Origin: Eledone cirrhosa
Taxonomy: Eukaryota
Direction of reading: 5' to 3'
Length of the DNA: 64,000 nt
NCBI GenBank assembly: GCA_964016885.1
Contig: OZ024745.1
Span: 115,940,001 to 116,004,000, forward strand
Position 1 is the stretch's first letter. The number at the start of each line of letters is the position of its first letter. Under the pieces are notes generated by a model that made no database searches, was not told where the DNA came from, and was given only the letters and a program-made list of their open reading frames with translations. Made by a program: the position numbers and the translations under genes. Positions 1 through 11,790 of this stretch are shown piece after piece.

Positions 1-660
1 AAAGCGCAAACATGTGGAATCCCGACTAGGTCCATACACGACAACCTCCACCTCATGCGATATATCTTAGAGAGAGTGGGGTGTAAACCCGGCTTTGGAA
101 TCTGCGTTCTTCTTTTCCCATCAAATGAGCTGTCACTATGGATAATATGTTCCAATGAAATGCTGTTGTCAGACCGATGAGATAACACGCCAGCAATGTC
201 TTGCATAGAAGCTGAAACATTAGTTTCTTATCTATAGCTTCCAACGTCGTTCAGGATGGAATCTGAAGGAGGAATTTGAATAGCCGACTTGATCTATATT
301 ATGTATCAGTTTTCGATGCATCGACCCGTCCTCTCACGTGTAAATACAATGACAGAAAGCGGGATAAAGTCTGTTGCTTCATTGGCTTATCAAAAGTACC
401 GTGAACTCCTGCATGGATAAATACTAGAAACAGCGAGGTTAGTTGGATATGTACTCAACCCATAACTGGCCAGCAGTAGGGGAAGTAAAATAAGAAGCTG
501 TCAGAGATAACATCAGGAAATTGATAATATATAAACATTGATAAACATTTATAAACATTGATACAGCTCGATAATAACAAGTGAAGATAGAAATTTGTTG
601 ATACCGATAGATGCCCTTGTATACATACATGATGATAAATGAGATGAAATGATCAAGAAA

Positions 661-950
661 AGTATAGTATAGTATAGTATAGTATAGTATAGTATAGTAT
701 AGTATAGTATAGTATAGTATAGTATAGTATAGTATAGTATAGTATAGTATAGTATAGTATAGTATAGTATAGTATAGTATAGTATAGTATAGTATAGTAT
801 AGTATAGTATAGTATAGTATAGTATAGTATAGTATAGTATAGTATAGTATAGTATAGTATAGTATAGTATAGTATAGTATAGTATAGTATAGTATAGTAT
901 AGTATAGTATAGTAAAGTTTAGTATAGTATAGTATACTATAGTTTAGTAT
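661..950. repeat. (AGTAT)n pentanucleotide microsatellite, about 50 pure units then degenerate
   Basis: Perfect AGTAT repetition 661-914, decaying to 950. Confidence 0.98.
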
Positions 951-1102
951 TTAAAACAGAGCAGGCATAAATTTATTCACCATTTCATTGAAATTTTCCT
1001 ATTTAAGGTATAATATAACTGAAATAATTATATTTTAATCCATTCTCATATTATATATATATATATATATATGTAAATGTGTATATGTATATATATATGT
1101 AT

Positions 1103-1168
<66 letters not shown>

Positions 1169-1314
1169 TCAGGTTATCAATAATGTAGTGATAATATATC
1201 GTTACGTTAGAGATGCAAGCAGCGATACATAGGTATTCGGTCTGTTACAGAAACATATGTCAATACCTAATAAATTCCTTTTTTAACAAAAGCACTTTCA
1301 TTTTATATTCATCC

Positions 1315-1346
<32 letters not shown>

Positions 1347-1385
1347 TATGAGAATAAACGTGCTGCGTGGTTGCAAATGGGTTAC

Positions 1386-1503
1386 ATATGAATAAAGTTA
1401 GTCCTTCATCAGTGATCTTCCAACCATCATTGGTATTTCATCGCTTTAAAGACCATGAAATATCAATGATGGTTGGAAGATCACTGATGAAGGACTAACT
1501 TTA

Positions 1504-1510
<7 letters not shown>
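1386..1510. repeat. Fold-back palindrome (56-bp arms, 13-nt loop) carrying a hammerhead 5' half (CTGATGA), abutting (TA)n
   Basis: 1386-1441 is the reverse complement of 1455-1510 with 1 mismatch; GATCACTGATGAAGG in both arms; no GAAA half follows. Confidence 0.9.
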
Positions 1511-1543
<33 letters not shown>

Positions 1544-2097
1544 CAGAGAGATTGGTGAAATTCAATAGTGCACGTTTTACTAACCTTTCCCTTCATTTTT
1601 CAACATATCTGATATTTAGTATCGCTGACTATCGTGGACAGTCTTCTATGGGTTGAATAATTCACGGAATAAAACACTGTCCGTTATGACCAACCTTTAA
1701 AACATATTTCCAAAGATATAAGACTATACGTCGTTGTAATGTAAAAAGACATTAAGTGCAACGAGATTAATGCAGATCAGAGCGACACCTTATCGAAAAT
1801 ATTACGAAACTTTTCATACTTTACGTCATAAAATGTATGATTCTCTTCTCTCACACCCACCCCCTCACGTTTGTATTATTTCTTTCCTTTAATTGTTTCT
1901 TCTTTATGCTTATATACGTATAGTCGTACATATATGTCCTGCCCATAAATATTTACTGATATATATTTGAATGTAAACTCATAATCATACGTACTGATGT
2001 GTTTTTGTATATACTTCAACTGACATATATATATATATTCAGATACATATCTACATACAGAGATATACTAACAACCACGCACACACACACACACATG

Positions 2098-2133
<36 letters not shown>

Positions 2134-2167
2134 TAGAGAGAGAGAGAAGAGGGAAGTGGTTAGCTCC

Positions 2168-2226
<59 letters not shown>

Positions 2227-2653
2227 GGAAAGAGAGAGAGATAAGTGGTTAGCTCTTAACATACCACTTCAAATCATGACTTTTCGATAAAAGTTGCTGG
2301 GCAACTTTTGAACACTTTGCACTCGGTAATAATATGCCATTTAAATAAAGGAGCAAAGCGGACAAAAAGATTTGCTGGACTTTCAACGAAAGCCTAAAAC
2401 CTTAATTGAATAGAAAAAAGTAATTAATGTCATATTGTAACATGTCCGATTATATGGTTTTCAAATCTAGCTGTTAATTTCCTGTAAAGAAAGCAATTGT
2501 AAGTCTTAGATAACTGAATAATAAGCTTCATTTATTGTATTAGTGTGTATGAACCCAGAACTCTACATGAATTCGTGTGGCGCAATAGTAGTGTGTCAGT
2601 AATAGTGTAAACCCAGCAACGCTCCGGGTCTGAACACAGCCGAATTCTTCCAA

Positions 2654-2654
<1 letters not shown>

Positions 2655-2692
<38 letters not shown>

Positions 2693-3015
2693 GATAGAGA
2701 TGGAGAGCGGGTGGGAAAGAGATTGAGAGGGAAAGAGATTGTGAGAGAAAGAGGGTGAGAAAGAAAATGAGAGAGAGATAGAGCATGCGAGAGAAGGATA
2801 GAGAATGAGAGAGAATGGGAGAGAGAGAGAGAGAAGGAGAGAGAGAGAGAGCGAGTGGGAGAAGAGCGAGCGGAGGTGGCTGAGAGATTGAGGGGGAAAG
2901 AGATTGTGAGTGAAAGAGAGTGAGAAAGAAAATGATAGAGAGGGATAGAGCATAGGAGAGAAGGATAGAGAATGAGACTGGGAGAGAGAGAGAGGGGGGA
3001 GAAAGAGAGAGAGAT
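2655..3015. repeat. Purine-rich (GA) low-complexity tract with an internal ~165-bp-period duplication
   Basis: GAGATTGAG..GGAAAGAGATTGTGAG...GATAGAGAATGAGA occurs at ~2719-2810 and ~2884-2977. Confidence 0.85.
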
Positions 3016-3049
3016 AAATAGGCTAGATGTGAGTAAAAGTTATAGAGGA

Positions 3050-3202
3050 AGTATCGACTGGGCTGGTTCATTTTTTTCATTGACCTCGTAAGGATGAAAG
3101 ACAAAGAAAACCTCGGCAGGATTTGAACCCAAATCACAGAGAGACGAACCGAATACTATAAAAGATATCCAACGTTCTCACAGCACTGATAATCCGTCGC
3201 CT
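3050..3202 (-). mobile_element. Degenerate tRNA-derived SINE (family A)
   Basis: GTAAGGATGAAAGACAAAG..CCTCGGCAGGATTTGAACC matches the reverse complement of the intact copies. Confidence 0.75.
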
Positions 3203-3508
3203 GAATTGAAGCGGTAAAACTGATCATATGGCTTTCTAGTTGGATAACATGATACATTATACAGCTACATCGTTTGAAGACTGTAACGTTGCCGTCTGAA
3301 TATAATGTCGTTTCCTACATTGGTTTATATACCATCGAACTGAGTGTGTCTAGCTGCCTGTATACATATCCTACTTCCCCTGCCATTCCTATGGTAATGT
3401 TACATGGGTCACATTTCATGTATATTTTCATATATTCATACATATTTACACACGCACACACATATATCTATCTATATATATATATATAGATATACATATA
3501 TACATACA

Positions 3509-3575
<67 letters not shown>

Positions 3576-3680
3576 CAAACATATATATATATGAAGTATT
3601 TCTGTAGGAAAGGTAAAGGAAAAGAGAGTGCTCTATGTAGGCTACAGAGCTTTTTTGTTATGTAATAAACTACAAGATAA

Positions 3681-4030
3681 TTAATTGACAAAATTGAACA
3701 AGTCATAAAAAGAATGAGATGGAAGGCGATGATTTTCAATGGACAATTCTGTGCTGATTCTAATGACTACTTTGATATTAAATCTCCCAAATACCCACCT
3801 AGAGTTAAGGACAGGGCCAACTTCGAAATAGACCTAGTTAACAGTATAAATGAATTAAAATACCGTAAGTACAACAACAATTTTCAATCCAAACTCTTTA
3901 ACGACATTTCTAATTTTAAACACCCTAAAAATACTTTGGTTTTTTCTGACAAAACCAAAATCTTTTTGAAGTAAATAACAATTCGTATAACCAACTATTA
4001 ATAGATAGCATCACTGTTAAATACCAAAAT
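3681..4030 (+). pseudogene. Penelope-like element ORF fragment (region N-terminal to RT), frameshifted
   Basis: LIDKIEQVIKRMRWKA...IKSPKYPP...FEIDL...FQSKLFNDI...VFSDKT then YNQLLIDSITVKY in the next frame; matches the motif string I recall for the pre-RT region of Neptune/Nematis-type PLEs. Confidence 0.75.
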
Positions 4031-4149
4031 ACTTACGGGTGCTATTCCATATCACTCTATCCACCATGTGCGTAGGTGGCAGTAGCGAAAGAGGTTGTAT
4101 GGTGGACGAGGTTGAAAGGACTGAAGACAGGCACTTTTCTCTTCGGAAA

Positions 4150-4767
4150 CTTTTTGAGTTAGTACCTAGTGCGCCTATGACAATCGGGACCACTTTGACT
4201 TCATGGCAGTTCCAAATCCTTTTTACCTCCCACTTTAAGTCCTGGTATCGGTTAATGAGTCTGGGCTAGGTGTTTACACTCGGATACAATGTGAGCCACA
4301 GTCTCCTCTCTCTCTCTCCACAGATCCTACACAGTGGGCTAGCCTCCTCCTTGTAAATATGGTGTTTCAGCCACTTCGTTTTGAGGGCCTGCTCTTGCGC
4401 AGCCATTAGCATTCCTTCTGTAGCCTTTTTAATGTCTCTTTTCAACCAGTTCCATGTCTGTGGATCTCTAAATTCAGTTTTCTCAAAGAAGGTACTATGA
4501 AGGGATTTTTCATGAAGGTTGCTCTTTCTCCTTGTTGTTATTTCCTCCTTGGACATCCCCTGGTCTATTGTCCTCTCCTTCAGTACAATTCTGAGCATTG
4601 GCTCCCTACTATCAGTCACGTATTTGTGTAGGTTGTTTTTCTCCATCTGAACACAGTCCTCTATGCTGATAAGACCTCTTCCACCTTCAGATCTCCTTAA
4701 GTAGAGTCTATCAACATCACTCCTCTTGTGGAACATGTTGTAGATAGTCAATAGCTTCCTAGTCTTT
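4150..4767 (-). mobile_element. Internally deleted fragment of the R4/Dong-type LINE family also present at 48.1-50.6 kb
   Basis: ORF 4266-4751 is near-identical to ORF 49535-50503 (MFHKRSDVDRLYLRRSE..., CRIC zinc knuckle); sequence jumps from the equivalent of ~50060 to ~50288. Confidence 0.92.
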
Positions 4768-4770
4768 CAT

Positions 4771-4862
4771 GTTGACTTTGCCTTTCATCCTTACGGGGTC
4801 CATAAAATAAAGTACCAGTAATGCACTGGGTAATTGCTGGCCTTGTGCCTAAAGTAGAAACA

Positions 4863-4892
<30 letters not shown>
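4771..4892 (+). mobile_element. 5'-truncated SINE family A with (TTA)n tail
   Basis: GTTGACTTTGCCTTTCATCCTTACGGGGTC...GCTGGCCTTGTGCCTAAAGTAGAAACAATTATT. Confidence 0.9.
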
Positions 4893-4894
<2 letters not shown>

Positions 4895-5350
4895 ATTCAA
4901 AGTAAAGGATGTCATGAATGATACAAAATCAAACATATATCTTGTCTCAAAAAACTGCTCAAGATAGAATTCAGAGAATAAAATTGAGCCGTAATCATTA
5001 TGCTAAATTTATATATTGATACCATGTGCGTTTAGTCACTTTCAACCCTGTATTGAAGAGATTGGGTAATTTTGAAATTCGCTCACTGATAATCCGTTTC
5101 AAAATACCCAATTTCGCCGTTATTTGGTGAAATGTAATCTGATTTTGTGTAGAATACATATAAGGGAAATATATTGATCGTTATCAGGTATTTTGCTTTA
5201 ATTTTCTATTAAATTTAATAAGACACTCAACGAATTATGTAATCTTATTTCAGGGCAGATTGTCTCTAGATTAAGTTTCGATATATCTAAATGCACACTT
5301 TGTGTGTTTGGATATATTTCATTCACTTTCTCATATATATAATATCGTTC

Positions 5351-5404
5351 GGACCTAGCTGTCGAAATGACCGGTGCTCAGCTGTCAGATCCTGACTCTT
5401 TTCC

Positions 5405-5405
<1 letters not shown>
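5351..5405 (+). repeat. Degenerate copy of the hammerhead-3'-half module (module A) ending in (TA)n
   Basis: CTAGCTGTCGAAATGACCGGTGCTCAGCTGTC...TTTTCCTATATA aligns with 36645-36700 and 41560-41613. Confidence 0.75.
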
Positions 5406-5475
<70 letters not shown>

Positions 5476-5644
5476 CGAATAAATCATTTAAACCGCTGCC
5501 CCAGCATGACCGCTGCCTAATGACTAAAAAGGACAGAACAATATTTAGTACATTTTATCCTGTTAAAAAATCGTTTTAGTTTTCTTCATTGGTAAAGAAT
5601 TTCTTTTCATACATTTGTTTTTGTGTAACTGCCGAGCTTCTGCG

Positions 5645-5730
5645 CGAGATCGAAAGTCAACAACCCGTCTGAGGAAGAAGCCCCGCGAGGTAGGGTGGCT
5701 GTTGAAGCGGGTATTGCTGGCCAGTGTCCT
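5645..5730. repeat. GC-rich dispersed repeat, second diverged copy at ~23595-23675
   Basis: ATCGAAA..CA.CA.CCC.TCTGAG...CCG.GAGGTAGGGTGG.TGTTG.AGC.G...GCTGGCCA is shared by both sites. Confidence 0.7.
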
Positions 5731-7516
5731 CGGGGTGGAGCCAAACACTGCCGCGCCCTAGACCTAGAGCCCACCACCCTCCCCTTTTTCCCTCCCATGT
5801 CCCCCCTCCCATTCTTCTTTGACCCTAGACCCCTTGCCTTTCCCTTCCTGTTCCGATTTAATAACCACGAATGACACTTACGGGTTTTACAATAACACAT
5901 TTATTGAGTACAAATATTTTCATAGAATTGTTTCCCTATAAGTTACTTAGTGTTTCCATACTTACCTGGCAAAGATTCCACTTTATATTGATTATCATTT
6001 CTGGTGACACCTAACCTGAATATTCTGAAGCCCTCAGCCACAAACTTTAAACAGACTTTACTAAAGATGGAAATTCAAAGTATATTTTTACAATAGAATT
6101 GTGTACGTATTTTGGTATTTTAGAACTTGAGGCCTTCCTACCTTTTGAGACCACTAAAGAAACATTTAATACCCACGAAGGCCATTGATTTTGTAATCAC
6201 TCTAGCAATTACAAAAATTTCAGATAAAAGAAATAAATCCGCAAATTGTTTAGTGACTCTGCAAAAGCGAAATTATTGCAAGTTCATAAAATTTTACTAA
6301 ATTTAGTAAACAATTATTAAGTTGATCAAATATGTTTGTTTTTGTCGTAGACCTAATCAGGGTGTGATTTTATTTCCTCGTCCATAAAAGGTTTGTACTC
6401 AGTACTGAGGTTATTGAAACACTTGACCTTTTTACACTAATTTTTCTCTTTACAGTGGTCTGCTGCATATACAGTACATATTTCCAAGTAGAAGGATTAG
6501 GCAAGTTAAGTGCCGGGGGCTTTAACACTATGTTAATTATACTATTGGTACCAAACTTTCACCGTTCAATAGGTAATCTAACACTCTCTTTGAATCAGAA
6601 CGTACATACTCGTATACGAAATACATTTCTATCTGCCATTGTAATGTGGAGCTATATATAGATATGTTTGTAGTTGCACTAAGTATTGCATACTAATATA
6701 AACCATATTCGTTACACACTGTTCTTAAAACTACTTACAGTAGAGATACCAATTTACATGGAGGTGAACTAAGTGACAGTTGTCATAGATACAGTGTAAT
6801 GCCGTTGACAGGATACAAAGAAATAAGCCACCGCCCAAGCAAGCTAGAACTCTGGTATTGGGAGGAACACCAATAAATCAACAATGTTTATTTTATAAAG
6901 CCTTTTATATTGATGATTTTTTGTTATTTAAGTAAGCATGAAACCATTAGCGAGCCTTTATTTTCACTAGTAATTTATTTCTTATTTGTAGCCCCTAAAA
7001 CATTTATATTGTACAAACCTCATCCTCTTATTTATTCTTTGAACATCAAATACGAGCATACATATTAAGCTACATTATTATCCAGGATTATATCTTCCGA
7101 TTCATCAATTTGCCGATGTGCTCTATTATGTTTTCCACTCCCAGGTTAGTCGGAATTAATGAAATATTGATTATTTTCCTGCATGTTTACACGAACATGC
7201 ATCATTGTGAACTCTATCATGCTCAACTAACTAAACCTATTCTCCAGCCTTATTATCACCTTACACTTTCAGTTCAATTCTCTGCACTAAACATGAGAGA
7301 TATTTGATTTGAGAAAAAGACACTCTACAGTGTCAGTTGGCTTCATTTAACAAAGTAGACCTAATAATTCATTTTATACTTTAGAGCCCATTATTTCATA
7401 CAATTAGATATTATGTTAATTGAATGCATTTCATATAATCTTTGTATTTCATCTTGATTATATCACGGGATTAGAAACCCTCATCAGTTGCAAGTAATTT
7501 ATTATAAGCGAAAAAT

Positions 7517-7557
7517 AATATACTTATGTTTCTGGGTGGTTACCCTTCATCAGTACT
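7517..7557 (-). ncRNA. Minimal type I hammerhead ribozyme motif
   Basis: Minus strand AGTA|CTGATGA|A GGGT AACC ACCC A|GAAA|CATAAG|TA|TATT: intact core, 4-bp helix II, helix I with one GU pair. Confidence 0.7.
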
Positions 7558-7939
7558 GTATACTGCTTACCTGCCAACTGTTAGAGCTGGCGAAAATATA
7601 TGATATTTTCTGAAATATACAGTGATTGATCAGCCTGTTTTGCATATTTGCAGACAAAAAAAGGAAAAAAAAACATACCGATATTGAAGAGGAAACACAA
7701 GACAGTATTACATGTAAACTACAGTAACCAGGGGGGGGGGGTATATTGCATCTACAATAAACTCTTAATCTTAACATTATAACCGATATCCATAATTATA
7801 CTTGTTTCATGTTGTGAGGCTTTTAAATTATTTTTACGGACTTTACTCTACAATTCTACAAATGGTTGTATTCCAAACCAAATGCCTTACAATACTCTAT
7901 TTTCATCACATTGCATATGCATTAAGGTACTACTACTGT

Positions 7940-8260
7940 AGTGAAGGAGCATGGCTTAGCAATTGAGAGGTTGTGAGTTCTATTCTCCCGACCGGGTGTT
8001 GTGTTGTGTCCTTGAGCAAGACACTTTATTTCACATTGCTCCAGTTTACTCAGCTGTAGAAATGAGTTGCGTCTTCACTGATGTCAAGTTGTATCGGTCA
8101 TTGCTTTTCCCTTGGACAACATCGGTGACGTGGAGAGGGGAGACTGGTATGCATGGGTGACTGGTGGTCTTCCACAAACCTTGCCCATTCTTGTGCCTCA
8201 GTGGGAAACTTTCTAGGTGCAAAACCATGATCATTCGTGACCGACTGGGGCCTTCAACTA
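7940..8260 (+). mobile_element. tRNA-derived SINE family B (CORE/V-like GTGTCCTTGAGCAAGACACTT segment)
   Basis: Degenerate A/B boxes (TGGCTTAG, GAGTTCTATTC), conserved central segment; second copy on minus strand at 63785-64000. Confidence 0.8.
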
Positions 8261-9894
8261 CTATTATCCAACTGACCAATTTTCCCACCTGAATTACGTA
8301 ACAGCATAAAATGATTATCAGATATGTACCGGAATTGATTTAAATGATTTCTATCACACAGTACATTGTTGTTCCCTGTTGTAACGTGAGAAGCCATGAT
8401 TATTGTAATATTTATCTCTACACCCAAACACAATTCTATATCGTTTAGATCAGGTCACTATTTTCATATTCATAATTATATACATAAGTGAATATCAATG
8501 TACTTTTATATGTTGTGCATACCTATGATTTCTGCGTATTGATTACCTATATGAGTCAGTTTTCTTCATATTATCTACAGTACACTTTTAAAGATCGTTG
8601 CTGGTATAAATTTCTGTATCTTGGATACCACTGAAAACATAATTCTTTCCCTTTCCATCTCTCATTCTTGCATTCCACTTCTTGTTTTTTTTTCTTTCGT
8701 TTTATATTTAAAAAAAAATATTTTTTAAATATGTTTTTTTCCTAAGCTAACTTGTAGTTGGTTTTGTTCACTTCTCATAGTGTACCAACTATTGTTTAGA
8801 AAATCCTGAAACCTCTCTCTTTTCAAGAATGTAAAGAAATTAAAAAAACAAACATTTCTGCTATATTGATCGAAATATGATGCATGGTTAGTACAAGCAG
8901 GAGCTACGTATTATCAAGTTGGCAAACATTACAAAAATTCTATAGTTTATACCAATACTACCAACTAACTCTTTCATTGTATCCTAGAGATATACTCTAA
9001 TAAGAATTATTCATGTTTTCAAACATAATTCACATATCCGTTTTTGTGCCTCTAGCTAATTTCTACCTAGAGATAATTTGAAGGTGGTGGACATTTCGCC
9101 TCATATATTTTTTCTGGTGATGTCAACGTTTTTTTTTAATATGCATTAAATTATATCTTAGTTGTTTCTATTAACATACTTTAGAATTTATAAAGCAAGT
9201 GAATGCTACGCGTCAGTAATATTTGAAGATATTATAACATTAGATTATTGATCGCAACCAGTAGTAAAAAAAATCTCGTTTATCACTGTCAAACGGAGAC
9301 AACTACATCATTCGCTGGTTAGTTATAGTATTCTCAAAGGATAGAGGTAATTACGAAAAATACAATAAAATACAGCCACTCTTGAAAAATGCAATGATAT
9401 TATCTGCTATGTGACGTAATGTAGTTGGCAAGATTCCATTAAACCGTAAATGTAACTCAGGTTCAATTTCCGGTCCCAGTTGTTTCTCTGAGGTAATATG
9501 TTTTGGGGAAGATATTTAAGACATAAATACCATTCTAGTCAGACCGGAGTTAAATAGAATGCTTAGCAATAGCCACACAGAAGAAATGACGAAACTGCAT
9601 GTAAATACTTTTATCTTACTCCTCAAATTAACCTCTCCTAACCAAATCAACATCTGGTCGAGCTTTCTCCGATTTATTTGATTCCATAACACACATAACA
9701 CCCCACATTTAATCCGGCATAGCGTTTACAATGTCAGCAATGTCATGTGACGTATCTGTAAAATATCTGGTCGATTGTGGGTAATTTTTGGAATAATTCT
9801 GTGTTGTGACGGATCTCAAATAAATAGGAAAACTCTCGGGAAGATCTTGCGTAAAGACATACGGATATATCCTCCTCCTCCCCCTCCTCCTCCT

Positions 9895-10210
9895 CATCAT
9901 CTTCTTCTTCTTCTTCTTCTTTGTCTTATATGCAGCGATTCTTCCTTAGTCATTCCGACCACACGTCTGTAGTATCAGATATGTAATCTCTCAATTGGAA
10001 GAAGTAGCGGCCCTACGTGGTGCGACTTGGTGATCTCTGAGCTACGCAGTCTTTTGAGCAACGTTACTCCAAAGACATTTCACTCGCTGTTTTTGCAATC
10101 GCATTCTTCCTGTCATTACCCAAGATTTATGACCATAGGTAGAAATATATTGAAGACAAAATAGATTGCGAATAGAAAACATAGAGTGCTCCTTCCTGTC
10201 GTTGAAAACT
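9895..10210 (-). mobile_element. RTE-clade LINE 3' fragment with (GAA)n tail
   Basis: TYGHKSWVMTGRMR motif, homologous to the 32.9 kb RTE copy; (CTT)n at 9898-9921. Confidence 0.7.
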
Positions 10211-10404
10211 GCCAATGAAAGAGATAGGAGGAACAGCACTAATAAATCAAATGTACAAGCTTCAAGTGCATTCCAAATTCTTGTAAACTGAAATTGGTTT
10301 AAAAAGAGAAAACTATGGAAATTCCTAGAAAACATGATCATGACATCGCATTTTGTGATTTCACATGAAATGAACACGTTCGTGTACTGAAAGGTACCAA
10401 AAAC

Positions 10405-10626
10405 AGGAAGATAGTTGGTCAAGAAAATATACAATCAGAAGGAAGACGTAATAGAGGTAGACCTCGAAAAACATGGGCGGAGAGCAGACCTCAGATCGCT
10501 GAAACTCACCGAGGAGATGACGAAGGACCGTGACAAGTGGAGAGATACTGCGCTGAATAAGACCCGTCCAACCCTTGCAAGCAGGGAAAAGAGGACGTAA
10601 AATGATGATGATGATGATGATGATGA
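10405..10626 (+). mobile_element. RTE-clade LINE 3' end with (TGA)n tail
   Basis: EGRRNRGRPRK and DLRSLKLTEEMTKDRDKWR motifs in adjacent frames, followed by (ATG)n. Confidence 0.75.
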
Positions 10627-10769
10627 AGTCAGTACGACTGCGGCTTTGAAAGATAGACGTCTTCAATTTTGTAATGTACTTTAAAATGATAACCAAACTA
10701 AATAAATCTGTATTTTCACATTCCTCATGAACTGTATTTTAGGTGTAAGCAAGAATTACAGAATGTTTA

Positions 10770-11040
10770 TCCTTACAGCGATAGCAACAGCAATCTACAA
10801 GAAATTAATGCTGAATCTCTTAGAAATTACATTCTTGTGGAGAATACAAAACGGATTCAGAAAACATCAATCTACTGTTAAACAGATCCCTACACTCAGC
10901 ATAATCCAGAGCTACCACAAGAAATAGAAGCAGCTGATATGCTATAATAAAGATAAAGGAGCTAAAATTCGGTTACCTGGCGGATACATAGATACAAACG
11001 TCATGCAAGGCACCGTTCTTATTTACCATCTGCTTGGACA
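10770..11040 (+). mobile_element. Highly degenerate RTE-like RT fragment
   Basis: IYKKLMLN...RIQNGFRKHQSTVKQIPTL resembles the RT Q.GFR..RST..QI motif. Confidence 0.55.
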
Positions 11041-11479
11041 TTTTCGTTCACTCCTCCATTGACAATAATCATTAACCACAATAATAAAGGATGTGGATTG
11101 TCTTCTGAGGCAAAATATCAGAAGCTACCACCTTTCTACATAAGCTTGAAAAATGGTAGAAAATATTGGTCTTTATATCAACGATGTAAAATCTAAGGGA
11201 GGAGGGGGAGTGGGAGTGGGAGAAGAAGAAGAAGAAAAAGAAGAAGAAGAAGAAGAAAAAGAAGAAGAAGAATAAGAATAAGAATAAGAATAATAATAAT
11301 AATAAGAAGAAGAAAAGTAATGACTCCGCTTGATAAGGAAGTAAACTATGATGCTGATAATTCTCAAAGTACATCGTTTCATTGTATTGGGAATACAGGG
11401 TATCCAACTTACTACATTCGAAATCTAAGAACTCGGATAGAACCACAACAGGAACATCTGTGTTTCTTAATAAATGATA

Positions 11480-11790
11480 TAAATGAGAATTTCACTAAAG
11501 TAATTGGGTTATTAATCGAAAAAGAGAGGCATTGTTTGCCAAGTGGGCTGGCCAGAAGTTGGTTCGGTCTATCGTGTTAGAAAAACTTTTCACTCCTGAA
11601 AATATCGTATATGTGTATATATCAACCATTCGTCCTTGTATTGAGTACTGTTGACCCATCTGGCCTGGTGTTTCTACCGTACACCTTAAGAGTCTAGATA
11701 AGATCCAAGGTAGAATCACCTATAATATTGTACCTAACTTACCATGTCAAATTTAATCACTATTACAACGTCGAAATGTTGTTTCTCTTT
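11480..11790 (+). mobile_element. CR1/L2/Jockey-type LINE ORF2 C-terminal fragment
   Basis: VYISTIRPCIEYC*PIWPG...LKSLDKIQGR matches the Y...IRP.LEY...W....L..IQ.R motif. Confidence 0.6.

Noticed and set aside
53-244. Possible RT fragment on minus strand
   Set aside because: Resemblance to RTE RT is too faint to support by eye.
2532-3137. 201-aa Leu/Ser-rich hydrophobic ORF
   Set aside because: Translation of a (TC)-rich low-complexity tract starting inside a SINE.
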